In this document: piece by piece, positions 58,081 to 64,000 of the stretch | How positions within the stretch are numbered: the stretch's first letter is position 1 | How the letters are laid out: every line of letters starts with the position of its first letter | Virus record (IMG/VR): IMGVR_UViG_2923084042_000004 | Span: 1 to 64,000 of that record | DNA: 64,000 nt | Direction: 5' to 3' (one strand) | Origin: a virus | Taxonomy: Duplodnaviria > Caudoviricetes | Position numbers and translations under genes: made by a program | Notes under the pieces: generated by a model | Told to the model about the DNA's origin: nothing | Seen by the model: only the letters and a program-made list of their open reading frames with translations | Databases searched by the model: none

Positions 58081-58839
58081 TTAGAACGGTAATTCTTCGG
58101 AAGCAGGTTCGTTAGATTCGGCAGCCGATTCTTTATCTGCTGGAACTGGAGGTAACTTAGCGCGATCAATCTTCGCATCCTCATCAGCCTCGTGTAATAG
58201 ACCGATAATATCCGCTTCTTCTCGGAAGTTGGCGAGTTCTTCGTACCCGTAATCAATTCCGATAAACTTCTTCGCTTCAGCCAACTGTTCCTCCGTCGCG
58301 TCTCCCGATTCGATAGAGAACGTTTTATCTACCTGCTTGATATGGATCGCCTCTCCTACGAGTGAATAATCCGGATTAAACTTGCGGCCCATCTTTTCGG
58401 CTTTGTCATAGTCGGCTACAAGGTTGTTGATGTGGAAATCCTTCGTATCAATTACGCGATATGTTTTATATTCGAGATCATAAACCGGAATCATTGCGTA
58501 AAGCTTACGTGGTGCTCCGACTAAGCAAGACGGGCAAACTTCCGGATTTGGTTTTTTAAATGCGCCGTGATCTGGACGGATTGCTTTCGGCGAGTGCAGA
58601 CAAGTATGCTTACGGAAGTGATAAATATTTCTCTGACCGTTGTAAGTGCTGTGTTCGTGGACGTAATACGCGAACCAATCGTCTGGATCTGCGAGAATAA
58701 CGAATGTACGACCTTCCGCGTTCACTTCTCCGTGCTTACCCATACGAACATATCGAGTTACACCTTCCGGAAATTCACCACCTGATTGCGCCGCTTCACG
58801 TTGTGCCTCACGTTGTTTCAAAGTATCTCTTAAGCTCAT
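58081..58839 (-). CDS. Single-stranded DNA-binding protein (gp32-like)
   Basis: H/C zinc ligands (KHTC, CPSC), acidic tail ending EELPF. Confidence 0.72.
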   Translation of the reverse strand: MSLRDTLKQREAQREAAQSGGEFPEGVTRYVRMGKHGEVNAEGRTFVILADPDDWFAYYVHEHSTYNGQRNIYHFRKHTCLHSPKAIRPDHGAFKKPNPEVCPSCLVGAPRKLYAMIPVYDLEYKTYRVIDTKDFHINNLVADYDKAEKMGRKFNPDYSLVGEAIHIKQVDKTFSIESGDATEEQLAEAKKFIGIDYGYEELANFREEADIIGLLHEADEDAKIDRAKLPPVPADKESAAESNEPASEELPF

Positions 58840-58986
58840 TCGTTTTCCCCCTACGATTTAATATTGAGTGTTAAGCCCTCGCAAAATGCCGGTATCTGCG
58901 CCCGAAACGCCGCCAGCGCTTGGCAGTAGCGACGCGACCCGAATTACTTAACGGCCACCCCGACATTCTCCGAGGGCCTGGCGCCC

Positions 58987-59091
58987 TTACTGCGTTTTCT
59001 TTTCGTCTTCGTCTATTTGCGTCCACATACCGCCGATAATGACCACGCTGATAATCACGACAATAGGAACGATCCATACTGCGTCAGACAT
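58987..59091 (-). CDS. 34-aa membrane peptide
   Basis: AAAGGAG RBS; MSDAVWIVPIVVIISVVIIGGMW... Confidence 0.5.
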   Translation of the reverse strand: MSDAVWIVPIVVIISVVIIGGMWTQIDEDEKKTQ

Positions 59092-59602
59092 ATGCCGCCA
59101 CTCCTTTCGCAGCTTTCGTAAGCTTGCGTTTCAATTCGAAGGACTCGGCGGGTAATTCATCTATCCGCATCTGAACCGCATTGATTCTCGCTTGGTACGC
59201 CATCTTCTTCGCTTTTGATCGCGTTCGTTTAAGCTCGGTCGTCAGCTGCGCAATTTCTTCGTGAAGTTCTGCGGCATAACTCTCGTTATTCTGAACCGCA
59301 GCTTCAACGGTTTTTCTCATTTCGTCAAACGACGCGCGAAGAAATGCTATTGCGGTATGTTTTTCAGGCGGATGAACCGTAACCACATGATCGCTATTTA
59401 GATCTAAAAGGATAACCGCACCTCTACCGCCAAACATACGAGCTTCATTGCCTTTAGTGTCTACGGTGATTCCGAGGTATTTAGCGCGCTTTAATTTAGT
59501 CGCGATCCATTTCCGTGCTGCATACAAATTCGTTACATTGAAATGCTCTTTAAGACGTTGACGGGCGTGGACTGAAAACGTAACCTGTTCGGCTGTAATC
59601 AT
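59084..59602 (-). CDS. Hypothetical protein with RelE-like N-terminus and coiled coil
   Basis: FSVHARQRL...VVTV pattern. Confidence 0.55.
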   Translation of the reverse strand: MITAEQVTFSVHARQRLKEHFNVTNLYAARKWIATKLKRAKYLGITVDTKGNEARMFGGRGAVILLDLNSDHVVTVHPPEKHTAIAFLRASFDEMRKTVEAAVQNNESYAAELHEEIAQLTTELKRTRSKAKKMAYQARINAVQMRIDELPAESFELKRKLTKAAKGVAAYV

Positions 59603-59896
59603 CCGACGCGCACCGCCTTAATGGTCGGATAATAATCGGCTGGGTCTTCGTCGTGCGGCCATGCGCCTTGATAAATAACTTCGGTAAGTTTGCGCTCATC
59701 TAGCGCGATTAGCGTTTGGATTTCGTTAGGATTGGGTAAATTTGAAGTAGTCATAGTACGTTAGCCTCCGTTTAAATTGAGATTATCGTACTAGGTCGCG
59801 GGGATGCGTTCGTATATTGTTCGCTTGAATCCGTTGGCAACAGATTGTATTATAGAGGAGTAACGAACGTCCTCGGACCTAGTTACGTATAGCGTG

Positions 59897-60532
59897 TTAT
59901 ACAGCTAGAAAAGCGTTAAGTTCGCCGTGTTGAGAAGCGTCGTAATTTTTCGCTAAACCTTTGATCACACGTTCTACTTTTTTGTAGTGAACGCCTACCT
60001 TACTGCCGATCGAAGCGTATGTAGGTCGCTCACTCGAAAGATGCTCATTAACGATTGCAGTCGTTATGGCATCGGAATTTACTGTTAGGGCCTTGATAAG
60101 TTGCAGCTTATCTTGGTCCGTTTTTATTTCTCCATCTAATTGAGAAATCACCTTATCTTCTATATGGACAACAGCGCCAGATTCGAATGTTGCAGCATTC
60201 TCTTCTGCGGTTGAATCCATTAATTTATGTCGTTTAACATATGTTCCATTCTTCCCGCGAATAATATCTATAGATGATTTCTTTAGTTCGTAGATTATCG
60301 CGTTTTCCGCGTTTTTTATTTTTTTTGTATCGACTGATGAAGACCACTTCCAAAGTTTTTCGTGTAAGGCACTAAGTATGTCTTCGCGAATAACTTGTCT
60401 AGTTTTAGAAAAATCAGATAAAACCTTAGAAATTAAGTCTCTTGATTCTTCAAATAGTAGGTTGAAGTCCTCATCCTGCCTAGTTATTTGATAGGCGTTG
60501 ATTAGCTGTATTAACTTTTCGTGTTTCTTCAA
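59897..60532 (-). CDS. Phage sigma-70-like factor
   Basis: Region-2-like F..LF...EDILS...EKLWK and C-terminal HTH TYASIGSKVGVHYKKVER; GAGGAGG RBS with TTG. Confidence 0.7.
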   Translation of the reverse strand: MKKHEKLIQLINAYQITRQDEDFNLLFEESRDLISKVLSDFSKTRQVIREDILSALHEKLWKWSSSVDTKKIKNAENAIIYELKKSSIDIIRGKNGTYVKRHKLMDSTAEENAATFESGAVVHIEDKVISQLDGEIKTDQDKLQLIKALTVNSDAITTAIVNEHLSSERPTYASIGSKVGVHYKKVERVIKGLAKNYDASQHGELNAFLAV

Positions 60533-60704
60533 CTAAAATCCCTCCTCATTTATTGATGCGTATAAACTTTCCTTTTTGGACACCATTTCATAAAAGAAAT
60601 AATATTTTCTTTCATGTCCATATATTAGCATGTCTAACATTATAATTATCTAAATAGGAACAATATTTTGATTTAGCAAACTTGTTCAGGTATGTAAACA
60701 AAAT

Positions 60705-60736
60705 AAAAAGCCCACCTACCGTGAGATGGGCTTTAA
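60705..60736 (-). terminator. Terminator after aimP
   Basis: AAAGCCCA...TGGGCTTT stem with T tract on the minus strand. Confidence 0.75.
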
Positions 60737-60739
60737 AAC

Positions 60740-60859
60740 TTATCCTCCGATCGCGTTGATTGCTACTTCTTCACCTGGATCTGATACCTGATTACTATAC
60801 AGCAACCCTAGAGCTAACACACTCACCAATGTTAAAACAACTAATAAAGTCTTCTTCAA
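60740..60859 (-). CDS. aimP: Arbitrium pro-peptide AimP (39 aa; predicted mature INAIGG)
   Basis: AAAAGGAG RBS, TTG; MKKTLLVVLTLVSVLALGLLYSNQVSDPGEEVA-INAIGG: signal peptide, VA processing site, C-terminal hexapeptide. Confidence 0.85.
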   Translation of the reverse strand: MKKTLLVVLTLVSVLALGLLYSNQVSDPGEEVAINAIGG

Positions 60860-62033
60860 AAACAACATCTCCTTTTTTCGATGAGGTTCCCCTCAAGTTT
60901 ATTGTCAGGTTTTTGATGAAATCAGTACATTCGCCTGCCTCCATCAAATCCCTTACAATTATAGATGCGTAATACAAATTAGAATCGGACACGAAATCGC
61001 AAAACTTTTTATAAAGGCTTTTCCGATCTCCTGAAATCGCCTCAAAATATCCGGTAAGGTCAGGGTCGCCCATTTTCCCAACGCAATCTAGTGCATCTTC
61101 ATAGGAGACTTTTCCTTTTCTAAACCCCTCAACCTTTTTCAAAACATCGGGTGCACTTTCTTCAACTTTCTTTGATAAGAGGATTCTAGCAAAGTTATAA
61201 TTATAAACCGCATACCCTTCTAATCGCTCGTTTTTTAATTCTTTAGCTACTTCGACACTGTCTTTTAAGTATCTCAAACAAATTGATTCATCTGTTTGCA
61301 GGTAAGTCATGCCAATGATGTACAAAGCGTCTGAATTCACTCTCTTGTTAATATTAGCATTGAGGAGAATATTTGAGTAGCGTCTAGCTTCTTCTAAGTT
61401 GTTTGAAAAAAGGTGTGCATATGCTAAAATCTCAGATAGCCTATACAAATAACACTCTTTTAAAAACAGATGAGATTTATCATTCAATCCATTTATTTGA
61501 ACTTCGAGTTCTGAAGCTTTGTTTATTACATATGAGAACTGTCTTTTATGAAGTAAAGTGATGCAACCGTAGATGTCTACAAGAATTTTAAGGATTGGGT
61601 CGTTGAGGTTTGATAGTTTGTCTAGTTCTTCGTTCATTGAATCGAACTTAACTTTTCCGTGCATGTACTTACTGATAAAAGAATACACCTTGACGTACTT
61701 CTCGATAATATTCCGCTTTTCGCATTTATAAGTCTCGATATGGTTATCCAGAAGCTCGATATCTCTAGTTATAGCAGCATACTCAAAAGTCTTTCTTATA
61801 CAATCGGAGCTCTCGGTTAATTGAGGGCATACGTCTCTCATAAAGGATCTATAATTTTCAGGATCTGCTAATTGCGAAAGGACAAGAAGGCTTCTTAATG
61901 TCAGTTTCCGCTTTCCAGCTCTAAGGTTTCCTACCTGTTTTGTAGACAGTTTTAAATATGACGCGATTAATGAGTCATTTAAATCATCTCTGTCCGAAAT
62001 ACGATCAAATAGAAAGTTTCTAACTTTGTCCAT
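60795..62033 (-). CDS. aimR: Arbitrium receptor AimR (HTH + TPR, RRNPP family)
   Basis: N-terminal HTH, helical repeats (FEYAA, NNLEEARRY), immediately followed by a secreted peptide gene; likely start MDKV at 62033. Confidence 0.85.
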   Translation of the reverse strand: MDKVRNFLFDRISDRDDLNDSLIASYLKLSTKQVGNLRAGKRKLTLRSLLVLSQLADPENYRSFMRDVCPQLTESSDCIRKTFEYAAITRDIELLDNHIETYKCEKRNIIEKYVKVYSFISKYMHGKVKFDSMNEELDKLSNLNDPILKILVDIYGCITLLHKRQFSYVINKASELEVQINGLNDKSHLFLKECYLYRLSEILAYAHLFSNNLEEARRYSNILLNANINKRVNSDALYIIGMTYLQTDESICLRYLKDSVEVAKELKNERLEGYAVYNYNFARILLSKKVEESAPDVLKKVEGFRKGKVSYEDALDCVGKMGDPDLTGYFEAISGDRKSLYKKFCDFVSDSNLYYASIIVRDLMEAGECTDFIKNLTINLRGTSSKKGDVVFEEDFISCFNIGECVSSRVAV

Positions 62034-62103
62034 GTTGTTCACCCCAGTTTTAAGTAAATGAATGACATTTCCACCACGTTTAAGTATAATTGAATTATAG
62101 CTC

Positions 62104-62127
62104 ATATGTTTACGTATGTAAACATAT
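62104..62127. promoter_or_regulatory. Palindromic operator between aimR and an XRE gene
   Basis: ATATGTTTAC-GTAT-GTAAACATAT; 16/18 copy at 60683-60700. Confidence 0.7.
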
Positions 62128-62148
62128 TATTAGGAGGATTTTTAAAAA

Positions 62149-62358
62149 ATGATCGATTTTTCCCCTTTGATGGAGACTTTAAAAGAAAAAGAAATGAATC
62201 TGAGTGATTTACGTCAGGTTATGAGTTCAGCTACTCAAGCTAAAATAAAGAAAAATCATAAAGTGTCTGACTCTAAAATGCGTTTAGGAACTATTGAAAA
62301 AATATGTTTATTATTAGACGTTCCCGTGGAAAGAGTCATTAGGATTGTCAAGGAATAA
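62149..62358 (+). CDS. XRE (HTH_26-type) regulator
   Basis: IDFSPL..TLKEK...TIEKIC..LDVPVE. Confidence 0.85.
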   Translation: MIDFSPLMETLKEKEMNLSDLRQVMSSATQAKIKKNHKVSDSKMRLGTIEKICLLLDVPVERVIRIVKE

Positions 62359-62410
62359 ATATTGGTAAATGTTCTTTATATAAGTTAAAATGTTACGGAC
62401 ACCTTTACGA

Positions 62411-62656
62411 ATGGAGGTGTTTATTACGTTTAAGGTCGGCAAATGCCGGATACCCGAATTATGCAAAGATATCGGAATTGAACACGCACAACTCGCAGCC
62501 AAGGTCGGACTAGATAAATCGCGTATTTCCGATTACGCCAGTCTTCGCAATATACCGAATATCGAGCTCGCCTATAATATCGCTCGTGCACTCGGCTGTA
62601 GACTCGAAGACTTATACGAATGGGTAGAGGTATCCGGCGACGAAACGGAGGGTTAG
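62411..62656 (+). CDS. XRE HTH regulator (start uncertain)
   Basis: QLAAKVGLDKSRISDY...IARALGC.LEDLY. Confidence 0.8.
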   Translation: MEVFITFKVGKCRIPELCKDIGIEHAQLAAKVGLDKSRISDYASLRNIPNIELAYNIARALGCRLEDLYEWVEVSGDETEG

Positions 62657-63666
62657 ATCCTCCGGCCGACCTGAAGTTCGGAAATTCCCGAACCGACACG
62701 TAATGCAGGACGTACACCCTCCGCACGATCATAAACGTTTCTCAACGCCTCTGCACCGCGCTTTACCAATAGTTCATTAGCGTCTTTCACCTCCGTTATA
62801 TAACCGTGCGCAAGCCGCACCTTTCCGTTTAAATAACGCTCAATCGCCCCACGTAATTTATCGCCAGCTTTGTCGTTATCTGTAACTACCGTTAAATATT
62901 CGATAGGTGACTGCGTAATTATGTCCGCCTTTTTCAAATTAAATGCGCTGCCGCCGGTTCCAATTGCCGGTACCCCCACCGAACGCCACGCCATAGCATC
63001 GATTTCCGCCTCGCAGATCACCGCGTGCTTTAGCCGCTGCGCATAAACGAGGTCCATTCCGTAGACTAAATCACGAATAGGCCATCCGCCTTTTACGTAC
63101 CAAAAAGCCTTGCCGCGCGTTGAACGATATTTCACGTTGGCTAAACGTCCATTCGGCAACCGCCACGGAATCGCGACCGCATTACCTACGAGCCCTACGC
63201 CGGCCTCGCGCTGTACTTCAGCCGATATGCCGCGTCCGGTTAGATAATCGTTAGGTCCGGCCTGAACGTCCACCAGTAAAGATTCCGGCAAAGGTTCCGG
63301 TTTGGATACGGCTTTAAGTTTCGGAAGGCGAAGCGTTAGGCGCCCGTCTCTAGCCGTCGGTGCATACGTTTCCAATAAGTAATCGACGGTTTCGTCTTCG
63401 GTTTCAGCGCGCAGGAAAGCGAGTAATTTAACGAACCCACCGCGCGCAAACTCAGCATCATAAGCGCCTGAATCGCCCCAATAGCCGGCTTTTGCGGACG
63501 CTGTTTCCTCGAGATAAACGTAGAAGCTCGGCGTTCGATCGTAACGGAAAGGACTGGCTGCGAGCAAACGATCTTCCGTCCATGTAGGCCGCGTCCATTC
63601 GAATTGTTCGAGTTCATATCGGATATCTACGTCGACGTGGCGTCCGTTTAGTATTAAAGTCGGCAT
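62653..63666 (-). CDS. DNA primase (TOPRIM)
   Basis: SPFR.DRTPSF, YL.GRGI, ICEAEID, DNDKAG, KDANE. Confidence 0.9.
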   Translation of the reverse strand: MPTLILNGRHVDVDIRYELEQFEWTRPTWTEDRLLAASPFRYDRTPSFYVYLEETASAKAGYWGDSGAYDAEFARGGFVKLLAFLRAETEDETVDYLLETYAPTARDGRLTLRLPKLKAVSKPEPLPESLLVDVQAGPNDYLTGRGISAEVQREAGVGLVGNAVAIPWRLPNGRLANVKYRSTRGKAFWYVKGGWPIRDLVYGMDLVYAQRLKHAVICEAEIDAMAWRSVGVPAIGTGGSAFNLKKADIITQSPIEYLTVVTDNDKAGDKLRGAIERYLNGKVRLAHGYITEVKDANELLVKRGAEALRNVYDRAEGVRPALRVGSGISELQVGRRI

Positions 63667-63777
63667 ACTAACACCTCCTAAAGATGTATTTGTAAAACAT
63701 ATTACACGAATGTTACATTTTATACAGTCGGTTTTTTGTCGAAACTATTCAGAATTTTATATTAAATTCTTTCCATC

Positions 63778-64000
63778 TTAGAAATCGAACTGTGCTGCCG
63801 CTGCTTCTCCGGCTTCTGGCTGTTTCACGACGCCGATTTGCGGTAAGTAGATAATCTCCGCGGACTCTCCTTCGCCACCGTCGCGCCCTTTATTTAAGCC
63901 GATCATGCCGCGCCCTTCCTTTGCGTTCGTATCAACCGCGATCAATAGCGCAGCATCTTCGAGCAAGGCTTTCGTTTTCTTAACGTCTTTACGCTGCGGT
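63778..64000 (-). CDS. Replicative DnaB-like helicase, C-terminal part (truncated by window edge)
   Basis: LLEDAA...KGRDGGEG motif, upstream of primase. Confidence 0.75.
   Translation of the reverse strand, partial: PQRKDVKKTKALLEDAALLIAVDTNAKEGRGMIGLNKGRDGGEGESAEIIYLPQIGVVKQPEAGEAAAAQFDF

Larger units (their letters stand above)
3655..64000. mobile_element. Temperate siphovirus prophage, extends beyond the window
   Basis: tRNA att boundary; complete lysis, tail, head, packaging and replication modules; arbitrium locus. Confidence 0.97.

Overview
Bacillus subtilis-group chromosome (lytG, yubD, cdoA) followed from ~3655 by a long temperate siphovirus prophage integrated in tRNA-Ala(GGC). The prophage continues past the right edge; no integrase is visible in the window. 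Left to right it carries an FtsK/Replic_Relax accessory module, lysis, tail, head and packaging genes, an accessory/origin region, two DNA methyltransferases, nucleotide metabolism (thyX, dut, nrdIEF with a group I intron in nrdE), DNA polymerase/recombination genes, a sigma-like factor, an arbitrium aimR-aimP pair (predicted peptide INAIGG), primase and helicase. The most striking signal is a 29-codon ORF below the ORF-track cutoff (37256-37345, minus strand). It has its own RBS, extended -10 and terminator, lacks a signal peptide, and encodes in tandem the arbitrium peptides of other, SPbeta-group phages (GMPRGA and GIVRGA), making it a candidate phage-versus-phage signal-spoofing system. 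Other notable items: a stand-alone, probably inactive terminase-nuclease paralog, a tRNA mimic with an expanded anticodon arm, a +1 frameshift adding FN3/Ig domains to the capsid, and two origin-like loci sharing a motif. All calls come from reading the sequence; no searches were run.
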